Shown here piece by piece: positions 28,578-39,199 of a stretch of 64,000 nt of DNA. Source of the DNA: a virus (taxonomy: Duplodnaviria > Caudoviricetes); the IMG/VR virus record IMGVR_UViG_3300010365_001248, positions 1 through 64,000 of that record; one strand, written 5' to 3'. The notes beneath the pieces were generated by a model. The model saw only the letters and a program-made list of their open reading frames with translations, made no database searches and was not told the DNA's origin. Made by a program: the position numbers and the translations under genes. Numbering within the stretch: position 1 is the stretch's first letter; each line of letters opens with the position of its first letter.

Positions 28578-28934
28578 ATGGATCCAAAAAATTTGATTGA
28601 CAGTCTAAAAGTTGTGATGGAAGTACTAGCTTCTAACGGTGAGCAAGAACTTGTAAATGCAGTAAAAGCTATTAAAGCAGAAGAACAGCGTAAAAAAGTT
28701 CAGCAAATTCAATCACAAAGATGTGAACTATTTAAGATTTTCACAGATGAAATTATGGAAAAGGTAATTAGAACATCTTTTTCAGAAAATCTAACTCCGT
28801 CTCAATTTTTGACTAAAGTGATTAATGATCACTATAATTATAATAAAAAAGTTTTGAAGAATAAACAATTAGAAAATGCTTTTTCCTCAGCTTCAGTAGA
28901 AGATTCAATTAAAATTCTTCAATCTTTGAGATAA
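28578..28934 (+). CDS. Hypothetical protein
   Basis: ORF track. Confidence 0.7.
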   Translation: MDPKNLIDSLKVVMEVLASNGEQELVNAVKAIKAEEQRKKVQQIQSQRCELFKIFTDEIMEKVIRTSFSENLTPSQFLTKVINDHYNYNKKVLKNKQLENAFSSASVEDSIKILQSLR

Positions 28935-29155
28935 TTAGATCAGATCTTTCCGTAAACTTTTTTTTCTTTTCCAAAGGATCTCTTTTAGAGATCCTTTTAT
29001 TATGATTTATCCTTTAGTTACTTTAAAAGGAATATATAAAGATCCTTTTTTTATCACAGATTATGGTTCTAAAATTTTTTTAGGTCATGAATGGTGTTCT
29101 TATAAAGAAGTATTTATTATATTTCAAAATAAAAAAGCTATAAATTATATTCCAA

Positions 29156-29614
29156 TTGAAGAAAAATCTTGAACAATCTTTAAAAGATAAAATTTCTTAT
29201 TATACAGCTAAATTATTAGAGTTAAAAGGAATATATACTTGGGATTCTTTAAAAGATATTAAAGGTGTAACTATAACAGGTTTACCTATTGATACTACAG
29301 ATACTATTTCTGCTATAGATAAAATGTCTTTTAAAGAAAATTATCCTGATACTTTTAGTTCATTAACTTTGAGTAAATCAGCTTTAGCTATGGCTAAAAT
29401 ATCACAGCTATTTACTATATTTGGAGGAATTATTCCCTATTCTGAATGGACTAAAGATTCAATTAAGTATATTATTTGTAGAGAAGGAAATTCAATAAAA
29501 TTTAAGCAAGTTACTTCTGAATATTATTTTTTAGCTTTTAGATCTTCTGATGACAGAGAGTTATTTTATAAAAATAACCTCCCGTTAATCAAAGATTATT
29601 TATGCATGAATTAA
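29156..29614 (+). CDS. Hypothetical protein
   Basis: ORF track; FLAF...RELF..NN..LIKDYL tail. Confidence 0.65.
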   Translation: MKKNLEQSLKDKISYYTAKLLELKGIYTWDSLKDIKGVTITGLPIDTTDTISAIDKMSFKENYPDTFSSLTLSKSALAMAKISQLFTIFGGIIPYSEWTKDSIKYIICREGNSIKFKQVTSEYYFLAFRSSDDRELFYKNNLPLIKDYLCMN

Positions 29615-30012
29615 TATGTTATACTGATGGAGCACAGTCTTGTGGTTCTGCTGGAATTGGTTTGGTTTTTGTGTTAGAAAATAGTATTATTAATACATTC
29701 TATAAAAATTTTAAAGGAATTACAAATAATCAAGCAGAACTTTTAGCTGTGATACATGCTTTAAATTTTATTAACAAACCTTTAAAAAAATTAACAATAA
29801 TAACAGATAGTCAATATGTATTAGGATGTGCTGTAAAAGGGTGGAAACGTTCTAAAAATCAAAAATATTGGCAATTGTATGATAAAGTTTATCAAAAATG
29901 TTTAGAATTATGTTCTAATATCGAAATTAAATGGGTAAAAGGTCATGATTCTAATAGATTTAATGAATTGGCTGATAAATTAGCCGTAAAAGCAAAAACA
30001 AATGGAGAATAG
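29602..30012 (+). CDS. rnhA: Ribonuclease HI
   Basis: YTDGA, TNNQAEL.A, TDSQYV and WVKGH...NELADKLA catalytic motifs. Confidence 0.95.
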   Translation: MHELICYTDGAQSCGSAGIGLVFVLENSIINTFYKNFKGITNNQAELLAVIHALNFINKPLKKLTIITDSQYVLGCAVKGWKRSKNQKYWQLYDKVYQKCLELCSNIEIKWVKGHDSNRFNELADKLAVKAKTNGE

Positions 30013-31547
30013 TTTTGAAAATTTGATTCATAACATATTAAAACATCTAATAATCAGAAATGAATTTTTTGGTAAATATATGAGTAATTTTCAATATTTT
30101 GAAAATACAATCATAAAACAACCAGTAGATTATTTGGTGGATGAATTAGGTTATGTTAAGTGTTATGTAAATACAAATTATTCTAAAGAGAATATTATAG
30201 ATGCATTAAAACATGTAGCTACACATCTAATTGTAGATCCAATACCTGAAATAGAACCAGTATCGGAGTATCAAAAATATTGTGCAAATCAATCTTTTGA
30301 TGCTACAACTGAATCTCGTTATTGGCATGGACTTCCATTATGTAAACCTACTAGTTATTACTATAGAAGAATGCTAGATCCTGATTATAAAGAAGGAGGA
30401 GAACGTTCTTTAAGAGAATTAGATCCTAGTTTTGTTTTACTTTTGGAACAAGTAAAATCAAATCCAGAAAAATATAGAGATCAAATTAATTGGCATTTGC
30501 AGTGGCTTTCTTTGCAAGGAATGCCAAAACCAGTATTGTCTGTAGAAATAATACAATTTGCCAAGGAAAAACTAAAAATGGTAGCAGAAACTACTGCAAA
30601 ATCTGCAGGAACTTTGCCAGGTGGACTTTCAGAATTTTTTGTATTTAAAAAGGAACCTGCTAAATTTAAATGGCAAAATCTTGTAAGAAAACATTTGGGT
30701 TCTAATCCAGCAGAAACTTTTAGATCAACTCATAGAAAAGAATCTAATCGTTATGTAGGTGGAGCTGGACATACTAGAGAAAAGAATCCTAGTATTTTAG
30801 TTCTTCTTGATACTTCTGGTTCTATTGATAGAAAAGAATTCCAAGAATTCTTTAGAGAAATTGACACAATGCATAAAAGAAATTATGATATTTCTATAGC
30901 AGAATTTGATGGCAATTTTGAAAATGTCTATAAATATGATAGAAAAAATAATAAAATAGAAGTACACGGTCGTGGAGGTAAAAGAATTTTGTGCCTCCTA
31001 TAATAGAAATATTATATAAAAAATTGCTTAAATTGCGGGAAGTTCCTTAGAGATCTTGGTACTAATACAAGATAGTAATATACTTGTAGGTGGGACGTAA
31101 TTAATCTCAGTATAGTAAAAAGTCAAGATATTGGATAATCCGCAGCAAAATTTCTTTAATATTTATGAATAAAAAATATTCTTTTAATGAAAAGTATTTT
31201 GAAGTAATTGATAATGAAAAAAAGATATTTTTATAAAACATATTAAAGAAAGATGTTCAGAGACTATAATAGCACAACTTCGAAAAGAAAATTTCTTTTA
31301 AAGTTGAATGGATAGTCCAGCTTATTTTGAAAGAAATAAGGTTATGACAAATCTTAAAGCGATGGTCGATTATTGGAATCTTCATTATAAAGAAGTAGCC
31401 GCAGGAATATTATTTACTGATGGAGTAGACGATATAAAGAATGTTGCTAAACCTAGAGGTAATTTTATGTGGGTTATTTCTTCAGATGGTTACCAAGAAG
31501 ATGTTTATCCAGGTAAAACTCTTTTTATTCCAAAAGATAATAATTAA
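30002..31547 (+). CDS. DUF2201-like/vWA domain protein (MoxR partner), spliced 30002-30979 + 31347-31547, 392 aa
   Basis: MIDAS motif LLDTSGSI; splicing restores GRGG|TN and adds FTDG. Confidence 0.85.
30980..31346 (+). mobile_element. Group I intron 1 (vWA gene)
   Basis: 5' exon ends in U and intron ends in G. IGS TTTGTGCCTCC pairs both exons. Core elements AATTGCGGGAA, AATCCGCAGC, CAGAGACTA, ATAGTCC. Confidence 0.92.
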
Positions 31548-31605
31548 TTAAATATTTAATTTAAGTCTAGTTTTTTAAACTAGACTTTTTTTATTTTATA
31601 TTACA

Positions 31606-31833
31606 ATGACAACAAAAAAATCGCAGATTGATTGGGTAAAATTTAATTCAGAAATGTTTACTTACAAAGAAATTGTTATTCGTTTAAAACAAGGTTGGGA
31701 ATTTTCTAAAATTCTTCGTTATTGTAATCTTTCTGTACCTGAATTGAAAACTCGAATGAAAAATCTCAAAAATTATCGTAATAATATTTTTGAATTAGTA
31801 AAAACCCAATTTGAAATGCAAAATGCTGATTAA
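31606..31833 (+). CDS. Hypothetical protein
   Basis: ORF track. Confidence 0.6.
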   Translation: MTTKKSQIDWVKFNSEMFTYKEIVIRLKQGWEFSKILRYCNLSVPELKTRMKNLKNYRNNIFELVKTQFEMQNAD

Positions 31834-32512
31834 TTATTCTGATATTCTTCCTATCGGATCAACTAATCATTATTGCGGATTTGGATTTCCTACAAATTGT
31901 TATACAGATATTCCTTTATTAGATTTTATAAAAGAAATCATAAAAACTTCTCCTGATTATTATTTAAAGTCTTCACATTACGGTCCTTATATTTTGGATA
32001 GAAATGCGTACAGAGTACGAGGATTATTATATAATTCTTTTTATAAAAATCAACTTTACTTTGTACATAATGATTATCAAAAAATGAGTGAACAATTAGG
32101 ATCAGGAGAAATAGTATCTAAAGGAGATTTTTATATAATTCCTAAAGAATTATTACATAATAATGATAATTTTCGTTTAGAAACAGAAGTATTATATTTA
32201 AACTCTAAAGAAAATCCAGATTTAACTTTAGATATTATTTTAAAAATAATTCCCTATTTACAGGCTCCAGATGTTGGAACAAATATAGTAGGGTATTTAA
32301 TGTTAAAATCTTATAACTGGATAGAATATCCTAATGTAATTTATACTTTATTACAGCAGTTTCCTAATTATTTGGGAGATTTGATGGCTTCTCCTCAAAT
32401 AGGAGATATGCTTTGTTTTGTAATAAGTGATAAATATACAAAAAGTTCTTATGCAAAAGAAAAACAATTATTAAGTGATTTATTAAAGTATTTACAAAAA
32501 TTTAAAAGATGA
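31811..32512 (+). CDS. Hypothetical protein
   Basis: ORF track (start may be 31823). Confidence 0.7.
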   Translation: MKCKMLINYSDILPIGSTNHYCGFGFPTNCYTDIPLLDFIKEIIKTSPDYYLKSSHYGPYILDRNAYRVRGLLYNSFYKNQLYFVHNDYQKMSEQLGSGEIVSKGDFYIIPKELLHNNDNFRLETEVLYLNSKENPDLTLDIILKIIPYLQAPDVGTNIVGYLMLKSYNWIEYPNVIYTLLQQFPNYLGDLMASPQIGDMLCFVISDKYTKSSYAKEKQLLSDLLKYLQKFKR

Positions 32513-34528
32513 ATCTAGAACAAGTAAAATCCATAACAAATAGAATTATGGATGTAAATCGAAAGTTAGCAGATTTAGGTGAACCAAAAATTCCTATTAA
32601 TTTTATAGGTATGGCAGGTGTGGGTAAATGTGATTTGCCGTCTTATTGAGTAATTAATAAGATTATCATTGGGCAAAAACGGTGAAGACTGTGATGTTAA
32701 TACCGTGGTAAGTTTTTTCATTACGAAAGGGAAAAAACCACCGTAACGCGTAGAAGGTGAATAAATATAATCCTTCCAAGAGTGTCCGACTCCTAATTTT
32801 TAGGATGAATATGTACGCTGAGCTATAGAGAAAAAGAATCTATAGAAGTATAGATAAAAAGCTATACGATAACAAAACTGAAAACGAGCAGCCTAATGCA
32901 AGTAGCTGAAGAAAGAGGTTGTCATATTGAAACAGTTGTCTTGTCGCAGCTTGAAGAGGTAGGTGATGAACTATAAATGTCACCTAAATTAAAAACTCTG
33001 TGAATCTGGGAAAATCATCGTTATTATATGACAACCCTAATCCAAGCCTTATAGAAATATATTGAAGGATCAACGACTAGAATTAGTAGCCTCAGCAAGT
33101 GGTGTTGGAGGTAAACATTCCACGAGTGCAGAGAATTTTCCTATATATACCAATATTTAGTGGAAAATTAAGAGATAGTCTGAACTATATATAATACATA
33201 AATTATAGAATTAAAGGATAAAGAGCCTTTAAGATAACACAATTGATTACAGGAATGCCAGTTAAATTTTATAAACTTATTGATCCTCAAGGACAAGAAG
33301 TTGAAATGGCAGAAAGTGTTGTTCCTACACTTTTAAATTCAGGATATACTATTTGTCCTAATTGCGAACCAGTTACTTCTTTTGCAAAACCAGCTTGGGT
33401 GCCAGAAGATCGAGATCAAGAGTTTATTTTACTACTTGATGATTTTACCCGTAAAAATTAATTATTAAAATTTAGGAAGCTGCGGGTGTAAAACTCTGTG
33501 AATCTGGGAAACCCTTTATAATAAAATAAAGGCAACCCTAATCCAAGCTTTGTAGAAATACACTGAAGGATCAACGACTAGATTTAGTAATCTGACCAGG
33601 TGGTGCTGAAGATGAAAAATCCACGAGTGCAGAGCAATTATTTAAACATACCAATGTTAAACGATAATTGGTGAGATAGTCTGAACAATACATATATCTA
33701 AAAGTATTGAATTAAAGGATAAAGAGCCTTTAAGATAACAATTTGTGCAATAAAACATTCCTTCAAGCAATTATGCAATTGTTGCAATTTGGTAGTTATG
33801 GTACTTGGAGATTGCCTAAATATACTACAATTCTACTTTCTTCTAATCCAGAAGATGGTATGTACGATGTAACTGAAATTGATCCAGCTTTAAGATCTAG
33901 AATGATGAATTTTGTTGTAGATTTTGATATTAAGTTATGGGCTAAATGGGCTGAATCTAAAAATAAAAATGGTCAACTAATTAATTTTGCTCTTTGGAAT
34001 CAAAAAATGTTCCAAACAGCTAATCATTCTATTAATGCTAGAAACTATTCTATGTTTATAGATGCATTGATGGGAATTAAATTGGACACTAAAAATATGC
34101 CTGAAATTATATTAATGGCACAAGGAATTTTTGGTGAAGAACTTTCTATTGCAGAAGATCTTAGAATGTTTATAGATCAGCAACTAGATAAATTGCCAAC
34201 TCCTAACGATGTCATTACTAAATCTTGGGATGAATTGGAACCAATGCTAACAGATATTCTTTATAAAAATGAAGGTTATCGTTCAGATATTGGTTTCCTA
34301 TTAACCGTTCGTTTTTCTAATTATCTTGAAGAATATTTCAAGAATAACAAAGAAAAGAAAAAAGGTGAAAAAATTGAAAAAAGATTAGTTGAGTTGTTAA
34401 CTGCTAAAAAACCTTTATTGCAAGAAAATGGTTTATTGGAAATTGTTAAAACTCTAATAACTAAGTTTGCAGCAAAATGTCCAACTTTAGTAGCAAATCC
34501 AATTATTGCTTCAAAATTATTAAATTAA
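32509..34528 (+). CDS. MoxR-like AAA+ ATPase, spliced 32509-32625 + 32881-32967 + 33246-33452 + 33746-34528, 397 aa
   Basis: Splicing restores Walker A GMAGVG|KTS, EVGD|ITGMP and Walker B LLLDDFTR|CN; SSNP and DPALRSR are in exon 4. Confidence 0.9.
32626..32880 (+). mobile_element. Group I intron 2 (MoxR Walker A), variant-P7 family
   Basis: GGT|...AACTG|AAA; IGS TTTGCC; P7 GCGTA/TACGC. Confidence 0.9.
32968..33245 (+). mobile_element. Group I intron 3 (MoxR)
   Basis: IGS AATGTCACCT pairs AGGTGAT|ATT; P7 GACTA/TAGTC; terminal G. Confidence 0.9.
33453..33745 (+). mobile_element. Group I intron 4 (MoxR), close relative of intron 3
   Basis: IGS GCGGGT pairs ACCCGT; long blocks identical to intron 3. 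Confidence 0.9.
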
Positions 34529-34530
34529 TT

Positions 34531-34869
34531 ATGAAACAATTAATTGAATTTATTAAAAACTTTTTTAGTACACCTGAAATTAAAGCTGATTATATTTTTC
34601 AAGTAGCTTTACACGGTGAACAATATATTGAGCTAGATGAAAATACTCGTATTAGAAAGTGTATTAAAAAAGCAATTGATTGGTCTTATAAAAAATCTTT
34701 ATGTGGAGAATGTCAATGTCTTGCAAAAATAGATCAAGATTTAATATCTAAAAAAGATATTATTATTGATATTCTTCAAAAAGATTACCATTTTGTAGTA
34801 AAAGATTTATCTGTATTAAATCCAAAATACAGTCATCTACTACTTTTAGATGTAGACCCATCTGAATAA
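34531..34869 (+). CDS. Hypothetical protein
   Basis: Track ORF 34477..34869; ATG 34531 preferred. Confidence 0.65.
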   Translation: MKQLIEFIKNFFSTPEIKADYIFQVALHGEQYIELDENTRIRKCIKKAIDWSYKKSLCGECQCLAKIDQDLISKKDIIIDILQKDYHFVVKDLSVLNPKYSHLLLLDVDPSE

Positions 34870-34946
34870 TATGGTTTATTTAATTATTTATATTTGTTTA
34901 ATTTTTGGTTTGCTTATTTATTTTAAGCAAACCGCTTTAATTTTTA

Positions 34947-35369
34947 ATGAAAACAATGAAAAATTCTAAAAAAATTATTATCTTTAAGCATTCTTCTTTA
35001 ACTGATTTTACAGGTGTTACACGTTATTTTTGTATTTGTGCTAGAGTACAATATGTATTTAAAGGTATTTCAACTATCACTTTTGGTTATTCTATTTGTA
35101 CTCCACCTGATGAATATAATCAGGAAACAGCAGAGAAAATTGCAAGAAAGAAAGTAGAATTTTCAAATAGACTAATTGCTTTTCCAGGTAAAATGATTAA
35201 TGATTCTGTATTAGAACAGATTCTAACTAATGAAATTGATTTCGTTAAAACTCATACCGGAGTTATTTTTAAAACTTATGCTACTGATGAACTTAAATAT
35301 ATTAAGTTACAGAAAGATATAAAAGGAGTTAAAAATGCAATTAATGAACTCAACACCACTAAAGGATAA
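34947..35369 (+). CDS. Hypothetical phage protein
   Basis: GYSICTPPDEYN...IARKK motif. Confidence 0.7.
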   Translation: MKTMKNSKKIIIFKHSSLTDFTGVTRYFCICARVQYVFKGISTITFGYSICTPPDEYNQETAEKIARKKVEFSNRLIAFPGKMINDSVLEQILTNEIDFVKTHTGVIFKTYATDELKYIKLQKDIKGVKNAINELNTTKG

Positions 35370-35517
35370 AAATAATATTATTTATAAATACCCCGAAAGA
35401 ACTTGTAAAAATTGTAAAAAATATCCTTGTTTTAAAGGATTTGATTTTATCAATTTAGATTTTGCTAAATATGGTTGTTTAAATTATGAAGCAGGATCTA
35501 AAAGAGTTTACAATTAA
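35335..35517 (+). CDS. Small Cys-rich protein
   Basis: CKNCKKYPC...GC. Confidence 0.5.
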   Translation: MQLMNSTPLKDKNNIIYKYPERTCKNCKKYPCFKGFDFINLDFAKYGCLNYEAGSKRVYN

Positions 35518-35821
35518 AGCTAAATTATTAGCAGAAAAGAAAGATCTTTTTGGTTATACTCTTTATGTATTTCAAAATCTTGAAAATTATAATATTCATG
35601 AGAAATACATAACTCTCGTTAGATTTCCAAATTGGGAACAAAGCCCTTTTAATATAAATGAAGAGGGCTTTGTTCATTTTAAAATAGTAGAAGCTGGACA
35701 AGATGAATGGTATGATCCTAATTCTAAAAGATTTTATTATTATAATTATACTAATATGATTTTTTTACAGTTTATACCTTTAAAACCAACTACTGGAGAT
35801 CAGATATATATTTTAGATTAA
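35486..35821 (+). CDS. Hypothetical protein
   Basis: ORF track. Confidence 0.7.
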   Translation: MKQDLKEFTIKAKLLAEKKDLFGYTLYVFQNLENYNIHEKYITLVRFPNWEQSPFNINEEGFVHFKIVEAGQDEWYDPNSKRFYYYNYTNMIFLQFIPLKPTTGDQIYILD

Positions 35822-35831
35822 TATAATAAAT

Positions 35832-36686
35832 ATGACAGCAATTGCAGAAGCATTTAAAAAAGCTAATGAATCCAATTTAAACAAGTATGAATGGAGAACC
35901 TCTAAAGATGAGAATGGTGTATATAAAACTTATAAATTAATGGAATGTTCTTTTGAACAACTTCATAGTTTTTATAAACATTGTCAATCTATGCTAGAAA
36001 ATGAGGAATCTACACACTTAGGAAGAAGTGTTATTATGAATATGATTACTTCTCAAATTTCTAAAAGTTATGCTGAACTTGTAGTTAGAATGATGGTTGG
36101 AGTAGGTAAATCTTATAATACTCGATTGGAATTATATCAAGCTTTAAAACATTTTATAGAATTAAATCCTAATGTATTTGTTGATGCTGAAAGTAAAAAG
36201 AATTTTAGTATAGTAAATGCAATTTCTGGACTTGATTCTAAATTCACATCTGCTAATTTAGAAGATGTTATGAATGCTTGCCTATCTTCTTTAGGAAAAA
36301 TTCAATTAACTAAAATTTCTTTAAATTTTATTCTTTCTTTGGGAATTAATTTAAATAAAGAATCTCAAAAAGTAGTAGAATCTTGGATACGAACTAATAT
36401 TAATCTCCCTAAAGACACTAAACTAAAATTTAAAACAAATGGAATTACTAAAGAAGAACTCTATGATATTATCAAAATGAAAAGTGATTCTACTAATTTT
36501 GGTAAGTTTGTATTTGCTAAAGATTACAATGATTTATCATCAAGTCAACTTAATCTTTTAGTAACTAAATTATTACCAGCTCTTTATAATAAATGTGGTT
36601 ATCAGAAATTTCTTTGGGCAAAAAAGATGCAAGAAATTCAAGATGTCGGTTTAGCTAAGGGTTGGAATGTTGCAAATGAAATTTAA
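35832..36686 (+). CDS. Hypothetical replication-module protein
   Basis: ORF track, 284 aa; TAATG-coupled to the helicase. Confidence 0.8.
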   Translation: MTAIAEAFKKANESNLNKYEWRTSKDENGVYKTYKLMECSFEQLHSFYKHCQSMLENEESTHLGRSVIMNMITSQISKSYAELVVRMMVGVGKSYNTRLELYQALKHFIELNPNVFVDAESKKNFSIVNAISGLDSKFTSANLEDVMNACLSSLGKIQLTKISLNFILSLGINLNKESQKVVESWIRTNINLPKDTKLKFKTNGITKEELYDIIKMKSDSTNFGKFVFAKDYNDLSSSQLNLLVTKLLPALYNKCGYQKFLWAKKMQEIQDVGLAKGWNVANEI

Positions 36687-38475
36687 TGACTAGGGATGAA
36701 CGTCAACAACTCGTAATTAAACACTGGATTGCTACAAAAGGAAAAGGAACTTGTGAACTTCCTACTGGGTTGTATTATTTTAAATATATGAAAAAATTTA
36801 TTGATTATAAAAATATAGTAATGAATATTCTAAAGAAAATGGATTAAATTTAATAAAATATCTTTATAATAATAGTTCTATCTACTTAGAAAGAAAATAT
36901 AATTTATTTAAATTTTTTCAAAAAGGCAGCCGTTCTGTAAAGGAATTTACAGAATTATTATCGGGCAATATCGGGGGAAAGCCTATATAGGAAAATCCCG
37001 AGATAAATTTAGAAATTAAAAAATCTAAATCATTGTACAGCGTAGAAGGTGAAACTTATGAAAAATAAATGTAAATATCAAATAAAATTAAAAGACTTTC
37101 CTTATTATTGTTGTAATGCACAAAAGTATTGTCCAGCAATAATATGTCCTTTAAATTATAAAGATTGTGAAGTTTATAAGAATATAATCCTTCCAAGAGT
37201 GTCCGATATCCCAACTGAAATAAGTGGATAAACAGGTACGCGGAGCTTATAAGTAATTATAAGAAGTATGGGATAAAAAGCCCATGCGGTAACAAAACTG
37301 TTGGTAAAACTAGAGTAGCTTTAAAAATAATTGCTTTATTACAAGCAAAAAAGCCTCTAATTTCAATTAAAATACTTGTTCCGACTAATACATTAAAACT
37401 TCAATGGGAAAAAGAAATAGAGGCTTTTAAATTAAAAAAAGATACTATTTCTGTTGAAGTTATGATGGGTTCTTCCCAAAAGCAATCTGAATGTGATTTA
37501 TTAATTTTAGATGAATGTCATCGTTGTCTTTCAGAACATTTATACGCAGCTTTTACTAATATTAAATTTAGATTTGTATTAGGATTAACTGCAACGCTTG
37601 AACGTCTAGATGGTAGACATTTATTAATAGATCAATATGCTCCAATTTGTGATAGTGTTACTATTCAAGAAGCCCTACAAGAAGGGTGGCTTGCTCCATA
37701 TAAAGAATATCTTGTATTAATTGATGTAGATGATATTCAAGTATTTAAAGATTTAAATAAACAATTTACTTCAGTATTTGAATTTTTTAATATGGATTTT
37801 AATTTAGCTATGTCATGTGTAGGTAAAAAAGGTTATTATAATCGTATAAAATTAAGAGATGAAATGCTGCCAAATAATGCTACTCAAAAACAAAAATCAG
37901 ATACTCTTAAACTGATTCAATTAAAAGTAGCTCAATTTATGAGAATTCTTCAAAAAAGAAAATCATTTATAGCAAATCATCCTAAAAAGATTGAAATAGC
38001 TAAACGAATAATAGCAGCACGTTCTAATAAAAAAATTATTACTTTTTGTAAAACAGTTAAAATGGCTGAAGCTATATCAGATAAATATGTTTATACAGGA
38101 GATAAAAGTGTCAAAAAGAATAAACAAATTTTAGAGGAATTTAATAAACAAACTTCTGGAGTATTATCTACAAGTAAAATGGCTCAAGAGGGGCTTGATT
38201 GTCCTGATTTATCTGTAGGTATTTGTTTAGATGTAGATTCAAGTAAAATTAAAGCTAAACAAATATTAGGAAGGGTAATTCGTAAATATAAAGACAAACA
38301 AGCTGAATTTTTTACTATAGTAATTAATAATTGTGTTGAAGTGCAATGGTGGCAAAAAAGTCACACAGGTGCTCCAAATACTATTAAAATTGATGAAGAA
38401 GGTTTAGATCAAGTTTTGAAAGGAGAAACTCCTAGAGAAATTAAAAATCTTCAAAATTATCAATTTAGATGGTGA
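36686..38475 (+). CDS. SF2 (DExH) helicase, spliced 36686-36770 + 37301-38475, 419 aa
   Basis: Splicing restores LPTGFGKT; DECH, GLTAT, EGLD.P and QILGRVIR motifs. Confidence 0.92.
36771..37300 (+). mobile_element. Group I intron 5 (helicase Walker A), variant-P7 family, with HEG remnant and Cys-rich cargo ORF
   Basis: Core shared with intron 2 (TCGGGCAATATCGG, GCGTAGAAGGTGAA, CCTTCCAAGAGTGTCCG, GTACGC); ends AACAAAACTG. Confidence 0.9.
37058..37231 (+). CDS. Intron-encoded 57-aa Cys-rich peptide
   Basis: MKNKCKYQIKLKDFPYYCCNAQKYCPAIICPLNYKDCEVYK... inserted in an intron loop. Confidence 0.45.
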   Translation: MKNKCKYQIKLKDFPYYCCNAQKYCPAIICPLNYKDCEVYKNIILPRVSDIPTEISG

Positions 38476-38538
38476 TTTGAAAAGTTTTAAATTAGTATTA
38501 TGTATTAAACCCTGAAAAGGGTAAAATGCATAAAAAGA

Positions 38539-39174
38539 ATGAAATTAATTCAATTCTTTTTATGTATGTTTATTAATTTAGAAACTGAACTCCTTTGCTA
38601 TAATCAATATAATCTATCTCCTAATGAATTGCTATTTCTTCGAATGTTACTTCTTTGTCAAACAGAAGATCCTGAAGAAAAGAAATATTTTATAACTTAT
38701 ATGCAATTACCTGAAAGTTGTAAAGGTAATATACGTGAAATGTTAGTTATCTTACAGGCTAAAGGTTATATTCTTAAAAATTATAAAATTCCTGAAAAAG
38801 GTCAACAATTTGATCCTGTAAATATTCCTTTTAATCAAAAAATGGTTAATAAACTTTATAAAGCTTCTTATCAAATGGGAAAAGAGCTTTATGATATTTA
38901 TCCATTGAGTTGTGTAGTAAATGAGTGTGAGTATAAATTAAAAAGAATTTCTAATAAATTTGATACTCTAGAAGATGCTTATCGTTATTATGGACAAGCA
39001 ATTCGTAATGATAATATGACTCATGAACAAATCATTAAATTAATTAAATGGGGTAAAGATAATGGGTATCAATTTACTACTTTAGGTGCATTTTTAGCAG
39101 ATCATGATTGGAATAATATATTGTCAATGCAAAAGGAAAGTATATTAAATAATTCTTATATGAAAATGGTGTAA
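38539..39174 (+). CDS. Hypothetical protein preceding DnaB (possible initiator/loader)
   Basis: ORF track; HTH-like N-terminus; function inferred from position only. Confidence 0.7.
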   Translation: MKLIQFFLCMFINLETELLCYNQYNLSPNELLFLRMLLLCQTEDPEEKKYFITYMQLPESCKGNIREMLVILQAKGYILKNYKIPEKGQQFDPVNIPFNQKMVNKLYKASYQMGKELYDIYPLSCVVNECEYKLKRISNKFDTLEDAYRYYGQAIRNDNMTHEQIIKLIKWGKDNGYQFTTLGAFLADHDWNNILSMQKESILNNSYMKMV

Positions 39175-39199
39175 TATGAGAATTTTTAATTAATTTTGT

